Shown here one piece after another: positions 19,977 to 30,375 of a stretch of DNA of 64,000 bases (position 1 is the stretch's first letter; each line of letters opens with the position of its first letter). The DNA is taken from positions 384,001-448,000 of the forward strand of contig CAXXYH010000003.1 in NCBI GenBank assembly GCA_963677925.2. The letters are read 5' to 3'. Under the pieces are notes generated by a model. That model was given only the letters and a program-made list of their open reading frames with translations. It had not been told where the DNA came from and did not search any database. The position numbers were made by a program, and so were the translations under genes. Source of the stretch: Spirochaetia bacterium (GTDB lineage: Bacteria; Spirochaetota; Spirochaetia; UBA9216).

Positions 19977-21833
19977 CTACTTAGCCAGCCATGTTTCAAT
20001 TTCTCTTACTGCAAGCCTTGCACTTGTCACTGAAAATCCGCTGGCTGCACCATTGGCAATTCTCATATCGTATGTATCACCGTAGAGTCCGCCGGCATCA
20101 AGCCCGATAGCATAGAGCCCCGGAACCTTTTCACCTGATTTGTTGATAACTTCAAGGTTCTCTGTAACTCTTGCTCCGCCGACAGTGGCATACATTCCCA
20201 GAATTACTCTTACAGCATAGTAAGGAGCCTTCTCAATGGAATATAGAGCCCTTTCTTCAAGATAGAATTCCGGATCTACTCCATCAGCAGTGTATCTGTT
20301 CATATTTGCAACACTTTTTTTTAGGTTTTCAAGATTCATACCAGTCTGAGCAGACAGATCTTCAAGTGTTTCTGCCTTGAACATCCAGTCGTTATTTTCA
20401 GCAAGTGCTTTATCGAGACCTTCCTGAAGTCCCGGAAGCTGTCCCGGGAAACCGAATCCGAAGCGCTGACCTTTGGTCTTGAACTCATCTAGGGTTTTCT
20501 GGTCGAAGATTACATATGCGGTACCGCCGATCTGCTCGGTAGCATTTGAACGGAATTCGATAGGCAGTCTTTCATTCATGTACCTTTCACCCTGCTGAGA
20601 GAGTGTCATAAGACCTTCGTTGTATATAACTCCGAGAATTCCGGGATATTTAGTATCTGGGCCCATCTGCTGACTGATAGGTATCGGCATTACAAGACCG
20701 GCGCCGAGAACAGCAGTCATTCCGACAAGCTGTGCATCTACCTGCTCAAGCATTTTGATGCCGTCCCCTTCACGTCCGCCTGCTCCGATATTCAGATAGC
20801 CCGGAAACCTGAGGTACTTCTCTTTCATTTCTTCATTACTTGAAAAACCGCCTGAAGCAAGAATTACTGCACCTGCATTTATTTCAAGCCTTGTTCCGTC
20901 ACCTTTTTCAGCCACAACTCCGCAAACTTCTCCATCTTTGATAATGAGTTCTCTTCCCGGAGTTTCATAAAGGATTTCACCATTGCTGCTGTTTTCAATT
21001 CTTTCAGTAATATTGTTTACAGCAAGACGGCCGGCCTGACCTCCGTCAAACAGATGCCATGCAGGGTAACCGTCCGGCGGATTTGCTGTAATAACACCTC
21101 GAAACTTAACACCACGGTCCATAAGCCATTCAATTGAATCGCCGGTATTTTCGTAAAAAGCCTTAAGCAGTTTTGCATTTGCAAGCCAGTGGTGAAATTC
21201 CTCAGACTGCTTAAAAATCTTTTCAACTGTCATCTCAATTCCGGCTTCTTTCTGAAGCGGACTGTTCATACCGAAAGTACCTTCAGCATAATTAAACCCG
21301 CCTCCGGTGTATGAAAGCTTTTCGAGAAGTACAACATTATAACCTGCTTCAACAGCAGCCAGAGTCGCAGTAAGGCCTGCCCCTCCTGCACCGATGACAA
21401 CAATATCGCAGTCACGGGTTTCAGTAGATACTGATTTTGCCCGGCCGGTCATATCAGCCATTTTTTCAGGATCTCCCCCTGCCATAACAACTGCTGCTGC
21501 TACAGCATCAATTATTGCCTGGCTTGCAACAGTAGCTCCTGAAACAGTATCAACCTTGACAGTCTGCTGCTTTACGATTGTTTCAGGCATAAGCGCTACA
21601 GCCTTGTCTGCAACACCTTCAGTTTCTGAGTTTTCAAGAACCGTTACCGAGATTATCTCTGATTCACTGAAAATAACTTCGACCTTTACTTTTCCATTAT
21701 GCCCGTCTGCTTCAGTAACATAAGTTCCGGGAGTATACTTTTCTTTTGAGCTGCTTACACATGACACAAGGCCTGTGATTACGATGGCAGCAATAAAGAA
21801 CAGAATACCTGCCTTTTTGATAGCTTTTCTCAT
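19977..21833 (-). CDS. Extracytoplasmic flavinylated FAD reductase lipoprotein (FMN_bind + flavocytochrome c-type domain)
   Basis: Lipobox LVSC, VDTVSGAT flavinylation motif, VIGAGGAG FAD motif, VILASGGF, GLYAIG. Confidence 0.88.
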   Translation of the reverse strand: MRKAIKKAGILFFIAAIVITGLVSCVSSSKEKYTPGTYVTEADGHNGKVKVEVIFSESEIISVTVLENSETEGVADKAVALMPETIVKQQTVKVDTVSGATVASQAIIDAVAAAVVMAGGDPEKMADMTGRAKSVSTETRDCDIVVIGAGGAGLTATLAAVEAGYNVVLLEKLSYTGGGFNYAEGTFGMNSPLQKEAGIEMTVEKIFKQSEEFHHWLANAKLLKAFYENTGDSIEWLMDRGVKFRGVITANPPDGYPAWHLFDGGQAGRLAVNNITERIENSSNGEILYETPGRELIIKDGEVCGVVAEKGDGTRLEINAGAVILASGGFSSNEEMKEKYLRFPGYLNIGAGGREGDGIKMLEQVDAQLVGMTAVLGAGLVMPIPISQQMGPDTKYPGILGVIYNEGLMTLSQQGERYMNERLPIEFRSNATEQIGGTAYVIFDQKTLDEFKTKGQRFGFGFPGQLPGLQEGLDKALAENNDWMFKAETLEDLSAQTGMNLENLKKSVANMNRYTADGVDPEFYLEERALYSIEKAPYYAVRVILGMYATVGGARVTENLEVINKSGEKVPGLYAIGLDAGGLYGDTYDMRIANGAASGFSVTSARLAVREIETWLAK

Positions 21834-21862
21834 GAAATTCTCCTGTATCTGAATTTATGAGT

Positions 21863-21893
21863 ATTCTAAAGCTTCAAGCTACTTGAAGGTCAA
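21863..21893 (-). promoter_or_regulatory. MerR-type promoter/operator
   Basis: TTGACC-19 bp-TAGAAT with dyad CTTCAAG-TAG-CTTGAAG across the spacer. Confidence 0.88.
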
Positions 21894-21903
21894 GATATAA
21901 TTA

Positions 21904-22737
21904 TTATTTTATCGGTAAATATATAACGTATAGATAGGCAGGCTCTTTTTCGCTATGCTCTATACCCAGAAAATGCCCGTAAAGCTCGTTTGGTATGGCA
22001 GATTCAGGATTCCCCAGGACTGCCAGAATTTGCTGGATTTCAGGTTGAGTAAAAAAACTGGCGGTTGACCTTCTAACGGCTGTCATAAGACATTTCCGAG
22101 GCTTGTAATATTGAACTGGAGCAGAAACATTAAGACGATATTTATCGGCTAAATCTTCAGATACTGAAAATCCCCAGTTTCCAATATCCCCTTCCTGCAT
22201 AGCTTTGGGGGAACAATCTATTCGAACGGAATATTTAATAAAAGGAAGATGCTCCATCCATTGTTTTACAATAGTTTTTATTCCGGAATTTATTTTCAAT
22301 TTTCCCTCGGCAATATTACCGATGAAATAATATCCCGGATTATCAATTACCCTAGTCATGCCCTGAAGCGAAGCAGCAATTTCACATAATTCTATATATG
22401 AATCAAGCGCTTTTTGTACTGCTTTAAGTTTTGCTATCTCTTTTTCAAGAGTTTCGGATTGAGTTTTAAGGATTTCTAAATTCCGATCATGTGTATTTGT
22501 TGTAACCATACCGCTGATTTCTTCAAGTTTGAGATCATAACTTCGGTACATTCTTGACATTAGAATATTGCAGGATTGAGCTGGTGTGAAGACCCTGTAA
22601 TTATTTTCAATATTCTTTTCCGGTGAGATGATTCCATGCGTTTCATAGAATCTGAGAGTTGAAGAAGGTGTACCGATCAGACTGGATATCTCTCCTATCT
22701 GAATTTTATCTTCTTTGTTTACACCTTCTTCACTCAT
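21904..22737 (-). CDS. MerR-family transcriptional regulator
   Basis: IGEISSLIGTPSSTLRFYETHGII.P....NNYR; start moved to MSEEG to avoid carB overlap. Confidence 0.9.
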   Translation of the reverse strand: MSEEGVNKEDKIQIGEISSLIGTPSSTLRFYETHGIISPEKNIENNYRVFTPAQSCNILMSRMYRSYDLKLEEISGMVTTNTHDRNLEILKTQSETLEKEIAKLKAVQKALDSYIELCEIAASLQGMTRVIDNPGYYFIGNIAEGKLKINSGIKTIVKQWMEHLPFIKYSVRIDCSPKAMQEGDIGNWGFSVSEDLADKYRLNVSAPVQYYKPRKCLMTAVRRSTASFFTQPEIQQILAVLGNPESAIPNELYGHFLGIEHSEKEPAYLYVIYLPIK

Positions 22738-22744
22738 ATTATCT

Positions 22745-25700
22745 TTATAACGCGCGTACTTCCGCTTTTTCTTCAAGCAGGTATTTTATACCTACTGCTG
22801 CAGCCTGCGCCGCTGAAGTAGTAGTGGTGTACGGGATTTTACTCCTGACAGCTTCGATTCTGATTTCATGGTCACCCTTCTGAGAAAAGCGTCCCAGCGG
22901 TGTATTCACCAGAAGACTTATTCGTCCGGCACGCATGTGATCCACAACATTCGGTCTTCCGTCATGAACTTTAAGGACTACCTCAGGGAATATGCCGTTT
23001 GAAAAAAGAAATTCTGCGGTTCCCCTGGTTGCTGCGAACTCAAAACCAAGCTCATCAAGCTGTTTAACTATTGGTAGCATGGTTTCCTTGTCTCTGTCGT
23101 GAACAGAAACGAAGACCTTTCCGTCGGAAGGTTTTGGAAGATATACAGAGGCTGCGGCGCTTGCCTTTGCAAAGGCTTCTCCGAAGGTCTCTCCGGTACC
23201 GATAACCTCACCGGTACTTTTCATCTCCGGGCCCAGAAGCGGATCAAGGTCTGCAAATCGGTCAAATGAGAAAACAGCTTCCTTGACAGCCCAGCCTGTA
23301 CGGCACTGACCGATTCCGGTTCCGTTTACTGTGAGCCCCTGTTTTTCAAGATCTATCCCCTTCCAAACCTTGACCGCGGTATCGATAAGATCAACACCTG
23401 AAGCCTTGGAAAGAAAAGGAATTGTACGGGAAGCTCTGGGATTGACCTCCAGAATATACAGGACACCGTCTTTAAGAGCAAACTGGATATTAAGAAAGCC
23501 TTTAACGCCAAGTTCCCGGCCGATTTTATATGCAGCCTGAACCATCTCTTCCTCTGCTTTTTTCTCAGTTTTAAACGGAGGAAAGACACAGGCGGAATCA
23601 CCTGAATGAACTCCTGCTGCTTCTATATGCTGCATTATACCGGCTATGTAGACATTGCTGCCGTCAGAGATTGCGTCCACGTCATACTCAAATGCATCTT
23701 CAAGAAACTGGTCAACAAGAACCGGACGTTCCTTCGACATTTCAATACCTTTCAATAGAAACTCGGCAAGCTCTTCACGTTTGTAGGCAACAAACATGCT
23801 GCGTCCGCCCAGAACAAAGGACGGCCGAAGGAGTACAGGAAAACCGATTTCTTCTGAATATTTAAGAACCTCGTCCGCATTTGCGGCCATTCTGTTATTC
23901 GGCTGAGTGAGGTTTAGTTTCTTCATGAGATTGGAGAAAAGCCCACGGTCTTCAACATCATAGATACTGTCAACTGAGGTTCCTACAATCTCTGCTCCTG
24001 AAGCTTCAAGCTCCCTGGCAATGTTGAGAGGAATCTGACCTCCAAGCTGAACAACAACCTTCTTTGTCTTTTCCTTTTTCATTATCTCATGAACATATTC
24101 GTAATTCAGAGGTTCAATATAGAGCCTGTCGGAAACATTGAAGTCTGTTGAAACTGTCTCAGGGTTTGAGTTCACAAGTATTGTTTTTGTTCCCTGATTC
24201 TGATATGCCAGTGAAGCCAGAGTACATGAGGTATCGAATTCAAGGCCCTGCCCTATACGGTTCGGACCGCTTCCAAGGATTATAACTGAATCCTCATCTA
24301 GAGGTTCACCTTCATCGACCTCACCATAGGTTGAGTAGAAATAAGGTGTATTTGCAGAAAATTCCCCGGCACATGTATCTACGAAGTGGTATACGGCATT
24401 TATACCGTTTTCAGAACGCATTGCAGAAATCTCTTCTTCGGTATTTCCGGAGATCTTTGCAATCCGCTTATCTGATATACCATAGCGTTTAGCTTCAAGA
24501 AGGTTGTCATTATTAACTCCTTCTTTACCGATTTTTTCTTCAAGTTCTATCTGTTCGAGCATCTGGTAAAGAAACCAGCGATCAAAACCGGTTGTTTTTT
24601 CAATTTTCGGTATAGCACGTGCGCCTTCCCTGCAGAGAACTGTATAGATTGCAAAAATCCTGAGCGGATGCTGTTTTTCAAGCATCTCATCAAGTCCGTT
24701 GTAACCCATATCAAGCATCCGCAGACCGTCGTAGCCCATCTCAGCTGAGCGGAGAGCCTTGTTCAGAGTTTCCATGAAGGTACGTCCGAGCGCAAGCGAT
24801 TCGCCGACAGATTTCATCTGGGTTCCCAGACTCTTGTATCCCGTAGGAAATTTTTCCAGTTCAAATCTTGGAACCTTTACAGCGCAATAGTCCAGTGTCG
24901 GTTCAAAGCAGGATACGGTTTTTCCGGTTATCTCGTTAATTATTTCATCCATAGTGTAGCCGACTGCAAGTTTTGCTGAACAGCGTGCAATAGGAAAACC
25001 GGTAGCCTTACTGGCAAGAGCCGAAGAACGGGAAACACGGGGATTCATTTCTATGATTATCATTCTTCCGGTTTCGGGATTTACAGCAAATTGTACGTTT
25101 GAACCTCCGCAGTCAACTCCGATTGCCCTGAGTGTTTCAATTGATGCAGTACGCATCTTCTGGTATTCACGGTCTGAGAGTGTCTGAATAGGAGCTACTG
25201 TTATACTGTCACCTGTATGAACCCCCATCGGGTCGATATTTTCAATTGAACAGATAATTACAGCATTATCAGCCTTGTCACGCATTACCTCGAGCTCGAA
25301 TTCCTTCCAGCCGATTAATGATTCTTCAATAAGAACCTGATGAACAGGGCTTTCACGCAGTGCTTTTTCAAGAAGACCTTCAAAATCTTCTTTCTTCTCG
25401 GCAATTGCTCCACCGCGTCCGCCGAGAGTAAAACTGGGCCGCAGTATAAGCGGAAAGCCTGTTTCCTCTGCAAACTTCTTGCCGTCTGCTATGGTTTTTA
25501 CCGTTGCAGATTTTGGTGTATCAAGACCGATGGCGTTGACTGTTTCCTTGAAAAGCTGCCTGTCCTCGGCAAGTTCAATTGCCCGGACACCGGCTCCAAT
25601 CAGTTCAACATTATATTTTTTAAGTATCCCGAGCTTTTCAAGTTCCAGGGTAAGGTTAAGCGCTGTCTGGCCGCCCATTGTAGGAAGCAGAGCATCGGGT

Positions 25701-25945
25701 TTTTCCTTTTTGATTATCTCTTCCATGTAAACCGGTTCAAGAGGCTCCATGTAGACAACATCAGCAATTCCGGGAGTTGTCATTACGGTTGCAGGATTAG
25801 GATTTGCAAGGACTACCTTGTATCCCTCTTCCTTCAGAGCCTTTACAGCCTGCGTACCTGAATAATCAAACTCACAGGCCTGCCCTATTACTATAGGACC
25901 GGATCCAATAATAAGAATGGTTTTTATATCTTTTCTAGCCGGCAT
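22745..25945 (-). CDS. carB: Carbamoyl-phosphate synthase large subunit
   Basis: [17 protein letters not shown], two ATP-grasp halves, MGS domain. Confidence 0.98.
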   Translation of the reverse strand: MPARKDIKTILIIGSGPIVIGQACEFDYSGTQAVKALKEEGYKVVLANPNPATVMTTPGIADVVYMEPLEPVYMEEIIKKEKPDALLPTMGGQTALNLTLELEKLGILKKYNVELIGAGVRAIELAEDRQLFKETVNAIGLDTPKSATVKTIADGKKFAEETGFPLILRPSFTLGGRGGAIAEKKEDFEGLLEKALRESPVHQVLIEESLIGWKEFELEVMRDKADNAVIICSIENIDPMGVHTGDSITVAPIQTLSDREYQKMRTASIETLRAIGVDCGGSNVQFAVNPETGRMIIIEMNPRVSRSSALASKATGFPIARCSAKLAVGYTMDEIINEITGKTVSCFEPTLDYCAVKVPRFELEKFPTGYKSLGTQMKSVGESLALGRTFMETLNKALRSAEMGYDGLRMLDMGYNGLDEMLEKQHPLRIFAIYTVLCREGARAIPKIEKTTGFDRWFLYQMLEQIELEEKIGKEGVNNDNLLEAKRYGISDKRIAKISGNTEEEISAMRSENGINAVYHFVDTCAGEFSANTPYFYSTYGEVDEGEPLDEDSVIILGSGPNRIGQGLEFDTSCTLASLAYQNQGTKTILVNSNPETVSTDFNVSDRLYIEPLNYEYVHEIMKKEKTKKVVVQLGGQIPLNIARELEASGAEIVGTSVDSIYDVEDRGLFSNLMKKLNLTQPNNRMAANADEVLKYSEEIGFPVLLRPSFVLGGRSMFVAYKREELAEFLLKGIEMSKERPVLVDQFLEDAFEYDVDAISDGSNVYIAGIMQHIEAAGVHSGDSACVFPPFKTEKKAEEEMVQAAYKIGRELGVKGFLNIQFALKDGVLYILEVNPRASRTIPFLSKASGVDLIDTAVKVWKGIDLEKQGLTVNGTGIGQCRTGWAVKEAVFSFDRFADLDPLLGPEMKSTGEVIGTGETFGEAFAKASAAASVYLPKPSDGKVFVSVHDRDKETMLPIVKQLDELGFEFAATRGTAEFLFSNGIFPEVVLKVHDGRPNVVDHMRAGRISLLVNTPLGRFSQKGDHEIRIEAVRSKIPYTTTTSAAQAAAVGIKYLLEEKAEVRAL

Positions 25946-25956
25946 CTGAAACTCCT

Positions 25957-27078
25957 TTAAGCCTTTGCCATCTCAACGTATTTATCAAATATCCAGGAAG
26001 TATCCTCAGGTCCCGGTGCAGCTTCAGGATGAAACTGTACGCAGGCAATATTTCTTTTCTGATTGATAATTCCCTCTACTGTTTTATCGTTTGCATTCAT
26101 GAACCATATGTCGGTACCTTCCGGAAGTGATTCCGGTTTCACAGCAAACCCGTGGTTCTGACTTGTAACAAAAACCCTTCCCGTGAGCTCGTCGCGTACA
26201 GGGTTGTTTATACCGTGATGGCCGAATTTCATTTTGTAGGTTTCTGCACCAAGAGCAAGAGATATAAGCTGATGCCCCAGACAGATTCCGCATACCGGAA
26301 GCTTGTCAAATAGGCCCTGAACCAGTTTAATCTGGTCCTTTAGAACTGCGGGGTCACCGGGCCCATTGGAGAAAAGTACAGCGTCGGTTTTAGCTGAAAG
26401 TATTTCCTCTGCACTTGCCGTTGAAGGAAAAAGTTCAACGGTGACACCGCGTGAAGTAAGTTCCCTGATGATATTGGATTTTATTCCGCAGTCAACTACG
26501 GCAAACTTTAGTTTCTGACCGGCGTTAATTGTAAGTCGTTCACTTGTACCGACATCGCCTATCAGATTCTGTCCCTGCATATCAGGCATAGACTTGAGTG
26601 CTGCAACTGCTTTTTCTATGGCAGCCTTATCATCGGTACCGTCTGTTTTTATAATACAGCCTTTTAAGCTTCCGCCTTCACGCAGTTTCAGTGTCAGAGC
26701 CCTTGTATCGATATCGCTTATAGCTGATATATTATTAGCTTTGAAATAATCGTCGATGCTGCCGCGGCTTCCGGGAACCGACCCGCGGTATACAGATCTG
26801 ACTACAAAGCCGCGAATCTTTACCGGGTTTCGCTCTTTACCCTCAGGTCCGCTTTCGGACCATTCTTCATCAATGCCGTAATTCCCGATATGCGGATATG
26901 TCATCATTACAATTTGACCTGTATATGATGGATCGGTAAATATCTCATGATATCCGCTCATTCCGGTGTTAAAAACAACTTCACCCTCTGAAAGCTGTCC
27001 GGGATCAGCACCGAAGCACCTGCCGGGAAAAGCTGTTCCGTCTTCTAATACAAGATATCCGTTTCTGTTCATAGTCAT
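25957..27078 (-). CDS. carA: Carbamoyl-phosphate synthase small subunit
   Basis: [29 protein letters not shown]. Confidence 0.98.
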   Translation of the reverse strand: MTMNRNGYLVLEDGTAFPGRCFGADPGQLSEGEVVFNTGMSGYHEIFTDPSYTGQIVMMTYPHIGNYGIDEEWSESGPEGKERNPVKIRGFVVRSVYRGSVPGSRGSIDDYFKANNISAISDIDTRALTLKLREGGSLKGCIIKTDGTDDKAAIEKAVAALKSMPDMQGQNLIGDVGTSERLTINAGQKLKFAVVDCGIKSNIIRELTSRGVTVELFPSTASAEEILSAKTDAVLFSNGPGDPAVLKDQIKLVQGLFDKLPVCGICLGHQLISLALGAETYKMKFGHHGINNPVRDELTGRVFVTSQNHGFAVKPESLPEGTDIWFMNANDKTVEGIINQKRNIACVQFHPEAAPGPEDTSWIFDKYVEMAKA

Positions 27079-27084
27079 AATCCT

Positions 27085-27123
27085 GATTTATAAATATACA
27101 TAAATAATGTATATTTATACATT
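27085..27123 (-). promoter_or_regulatory. Tandem ARG boxes (ArgR operator) upstream of carA
   Basis: Minus strand AATGTATAAATATACATT-3 bp-TATGTATATTTATAAATC. Confidence 0.78.
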
Positions 27124-27130
27124 GCTCTTT

Positions 27131-27161
27131 AAAAAAATACCGGCAAACAAAGCCGGTTTTT
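27131..27161 (-). terminator. Terminator after tRNA-Glu
   Basis: ACCGGC/GCCGGT stem flanked by A7 and T tracts. Confidence 0.7.
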
Positions 27162-27232
27162 AGTCCCTAGGGGAATCGAACCCCTCTTTGAAGAATGAGA
27201 ATCTCCTGTCCTAGCCGATAGACGAAGGGACC
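27161..27232 (-). tRNA. tRNA-Glu(CUC)
   Basis: GGTCCCT...AGGGACT acceptor, GGAGA-TTCTCAT-TCTTC anticodon arm, GGTTCGATTCC. Confidence 0.95.
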
Positions 27233-27362
27233 GAAAAATCCTTAGGATTTTTTTGAAGTTTCCTATGGAAACGTCAATAAATTATCCGGAAGTTTGTTAA
27301 ACAAACTTTAAGCAAAAGCTGCAAAACAAAGGAATTAAAAAAGTTCTTTAAAAGAACTTCAA

Positions 27363-27389
27363 GAAATGAGCTGCATTGCAGCTCATTTC
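27363..27389 (-). terminator. Hairpin directly after tRNA-Gln(CUG)
   Basis: GAAATGAGCTGC-ATT-GCAGCTCATTTC perfect stem. Confidence 0.65.
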
Positions 27390-27392
27390 CGA

Positions 27393-27463
27393 CTGCCCGA
27401 GAAGGACTCGAACCCTCACAAACGGAACCAGAATCCGTCGTGCTACCATTACACAATCGGGCA
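27393..27463 (-). tRNA. tRNA-Gln(CUG)
   Basis: TGCCCGA...TCGGGCA acceptor, ACGGA-TTCTGGT-TCCGT anticodon arm, GGTTCGAGTCC. Confidence 0.95.
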
Positions 27464-27508
27464 ATTTATGTTGCCATAATCTACTAAAATTGATAGTTAG
27501 TGTCAATA

Positions 27509-28042
27509 CTATTCGCTATGGTAATTTATTAAGGTTGTTATATTTATTCCCTCAAGTACCTTTTCATAATTAAGAAACGGCAGCCCTACTACTCCGAAGG
27601 CATCATTCACCTTTGCGCCGGCCTCTTCAAGCAGTTCTGCGGCAGCTTTCAGAGTACCCCCAGTTGCAATCAGGTCATCAACAAGCAGAACATTACTGCC
27701 GGGGACAACATCAGATTTATGAATTTGTATAGAGTCTTCACCGTATTCCAACGCGTAAGTTTTGGTCAGAGTCTCTCCCGGCAGCTTTCCTTTTTTTCTT
27801 ATCAGAATTAAAGGAATTCCCAGCTTCTCACAGAATGGAGCTGCAAATAAAAAACCTCTGGCTTCGGCTGCTGCAACAGCATCAATTTTCTTATTTTTAT
27901 ACAGGGTCACCATACTATCAATACAATGTCTGAAAGCCATGGGATTTGTAAGAATACTGGTGATATCGTAAAACAGAATTCCCTCATGAGGAAAATCAGG
28001 AACCTTTCTGATAGCATCATCAAGAATAAATTCTTTACTCAT
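27509..28042 (-). CDS. apt: Adenine phosphoribosyltransferase
   Basis: PDFP..GILFYDI, EARGF, RKKGKLPG, VDDLIATGGT. Confidence 0.97.
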   Translation of the reverse strand: MSKEFILDDAIRKVPDFPHEGILFYDITSILTNPMAFRHCIDSMVTLYKNKKIDAVAAAEARGFLFAAPFCEKLGIPLILIRKKGKLPGETLTKTYALEYGEDSIQIHKSDVVPGSNVLLVDDLIATGGTLKAAAELLEEAGAKVNDAFGVVGLPFLNYEKVLEGINITTLINYHSE

Positions 28043-28181
28043 AGTATTTCCTTAATTTAAAAATCAGCCTAATTATTAGTTACCCGCTCCTTATTGTCAA
28101 CAGTTTAAACCGTATGTAAACTGCTCTTAATAATTATTTTTTCAGCTTGATCTTTGACCTGCACTCATCTATGATTTTTCA

Positions 28182-29012
28182 ATGGATTTGGACTTTTATA
28201 AACTTCAAACAGCAGGCAATGACCTGATACTGATAAACTTTACAGGTAAGCTTTTTCCTTCAGACCATGAACTTAGAGAAATGTCCCGGAAGATATGCCG
28301 CAGAGATTATGGAATAGGCAGCAACGGTCTGATAGCAATGACCAGTGAGGGAATTGATAAGATAAAAGCCAGTTTTCTGACTCCTTCCGGAGAGTTTGCT
28401 GATGTAGTAAATGACGCCCTTATGTGTCTTGCCAGGTATATTTTTGATTCAGGCTTTTCTGGTAAGGATGATTTTTCAGTCGAACTAAACGGAAGGCTTC
28501 ATAAAGTAGGAGTAATTGACAGTACTTTTTTTAGAATTAGCCTTGGATATCCCTTAAATTCGGAGGGTCTTCCCCTTATAGAACGTCCGGAGGAGGACTA
28601 CCTTGTGAATCTCAGCTCCGGCGGTAAAAAGATTCCCTCGACAATTATACAGCTGGGGAAACCAGGCGTCGTCATCTACACTGAAAACAGATCCTTTCCT
28701 AAACTGAAAGAGATTGCTGATGAATTAATCATTCCTGATAAACTTTCTGAAGATATGCAGGTTATATTTGCAACAGTAAACAGCCGTGATGATCTGGAAG
28801 TGTTTATCAGAAAAAGCCGGAATGACGACTTTCTCTCATCATGCGCTATAGCAGCTGTAGCTTCTGTGGTGAATGGTTTTTCAAACAGGGATACTGCGGT
28901 TCATCACAAGCAGAGCGAGATGTTCTTTCAATGGATGCAGCCGACAAACGAAGTTTTCATAACCAGTTCGGCCGAATATCTGTTTACCGGATCTTTTTAC
29001 TACGAGACATAG
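28182..29012 (+). CDS. Diaminopimelate-epimerase-fold protein lacking both catalytic Cys motifs
   Basis: FYKLQTAGND, CRRDYGIGSNG and C-terminal AEYLFTG match DapF; CGNG and CGTG motifs absent. Confidence 0.75.
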   Translation: MDLDFYKLQTAGNDLILINFTGKLFPSDHELREMSRKICRRDYGIGSNGLIAMTSEGIDKIKASFLTPSGEFADVVNDALMCLARYIFDSGFSGKDDFSVELNGRLHKVGVIDSTFFRISLGYPLNSEGLPLIERPEEDYLVNLSSGGKKIPSTIIQLGKPGVVIYTENRSFPKLKEIADELIIPDKLSEDMQVIFATVNSRDDLEVFIRKSRNDDFLSSCAIAAVASVVNGFSNRDTAVHHKQSEMFFQWMQPTNEVFITSSAEYLFTGSFYYET

Positions 29013-29015
29013 AAC

Positions 29016-30374
29016 TCAGATGTCTATATCGTAATCCTGCAGCTTGCGGTGGAGAGTTTTCCTTCCGATTCCCAGGATTTCAGCAGTTTTAGTTTTATTT
29101 CCCTGCTCCATATTAAGAGTCTCTAAGATAATCTGCTTCTCGGCTGCAGAAAGTGAAGTTCCGGTACATATACGAATGCAGTTTTCCTCTGCTGTTTCCA
29201 GTATAGAAGGCGGAAGATCGTCAACCGTTATTACATCGCCCTTGCACATTACAACGGCGCTTTCGACAGCATTCCGCAGTTCCCTGACATTACCGGGCCA
29301 GCTGTAATTATGAATTGCAACTCTGGCCTTGTTTTCAAAACCGTCAATCTGCCGTCCGTTTTCATCTGCAAATTCCCGAAGGAATGCCGAAGCCATCAGC
29401 GAAATATCTTCTTTTCTTTCCCGAAGCGGCGGGACATGTATATTTACGACATTAAGCCTGTAAAACAGGTCTTCACGGAAATTACCCTTCTCAATTTCAG
29501 ACTTTAGATCACGGTTAGTAGCAGAGATGATTCTTGTATCAATTTCAACGGTTTCTTCACCACCGACACGTTCAAAAGTTTTTTCCTGAAGGACCCTGAG
29601 TATTTTAATCTGAGTCGACTGATTAATTTCACCTATTTCATCCAGAAAAATAGAACCCAGATGCGACAGTTCAAATCGTCCCCGTTTTCTGGAGACTGCT
29701 CCGGTAAAGGCGCCCTTTTCATGACCGAAAAGCTCGCTTTCAAGCAGGCTTTCTGAAAGGGCTGCACAGTGAACCTTAATAAAGGGTTTGTCCTTACGGT
29801 CTGAAAGCTGATGGATTGCATCGGCAATCAGTTCCTTTCCTACTCCGCTTTCCCCGGTAATCAGTACAGAGGCACGGGTGGACGCAACTTGTTCAACGAC
29901 CTCCATTACCCTCATCATTGCACTGCTTTTACCGATTATCCGTGAATATTTCTGTTTGGATTTAAGCCTGTCAACTTCGTCCTTAAGGGCACGGTGTTCC
30001 AGTACAAGCTCACGTCCTTCAAGTGCTCGTTTAACAAGCAGAGTAAGGCGGTTCAGATTGACCGGCTTGGTGAGAAAATCATATGCTCCGTCGCGCATAG
30101 CGGTAACTGCGGTTTCAATAGTTCCGTGGCCCGTCAGAACAATAACCGGAAGTCCCGGATATGAGGATATTGTTTTTTTTAGCAGTTCCTGACCGCTTAC
30201 AACCGGCATTCTAAGGTCGGTTATTATCAAATCAATATCCTTTGAATTAAGAAGGTTCAAAGCTTCCTGACCGTCAGCAGCGAGGAAGACATTGTATCCG
30301 TCCATCTCCAGCGACATGGCAAGGCCTTCTCGAATATTCTTTTCATCATCGGCAATCAGTAAATTAAATCCCAT
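29016..30374 (-). CDS. Sigma54-dependent response regulator (NtrC/AtoC family, Rrp2-like)
   Basis: Receiver, GESGVGKE, GAFTGA, FLDEIGE, WPGNVREL, Fis HTH. Confidence 0.95.
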   Translation of the reverse strand: MGFNLLIADDEKNIREGLAMSLEMDGYNVFLAADGQEALNLLNSKDIDLIITDLRMPVVSGQELLKKTISSYPGLPVIVLTGHGTIETAVTAMRDGAYDFLTKPVNLNRLTLLVKRALEGRELVLEHRALKDEVDRLKSKQKYSRIIGKSSAMMRVMEVVEQVASTRASVLITGESGVGKELIADAIHQLSDRKDKPFIKVHCAALSESLLESELFGHEKGAFTGAVSRKRGRFELSHLGSIFLDEIGEINQSTQIKILRVLQEKTFERVGGEETVEIDTRIISATNRDLKSEIEKGNFREDLFYRLNVVNIHVPPLRERKEDISLMASAFLREFADENGRQIDGFENKARVAIHNYSWPGNVRELRNAVESAVVMCKGDVITVDDLPPSILETAEENCIRICTGTSLSAAEKQIILETLNMEQGNKTKTAEILGIGRKTLHRKLQDYDIDI

Positions 30375-30375
30375 A

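Noticed and set aside
27161-27463. tRNA genes as integration sites, and two short ORFs over them
   Set aside because: No integrase or duplicated tRNA 3' end seen; the ORFs are tRNA shadows
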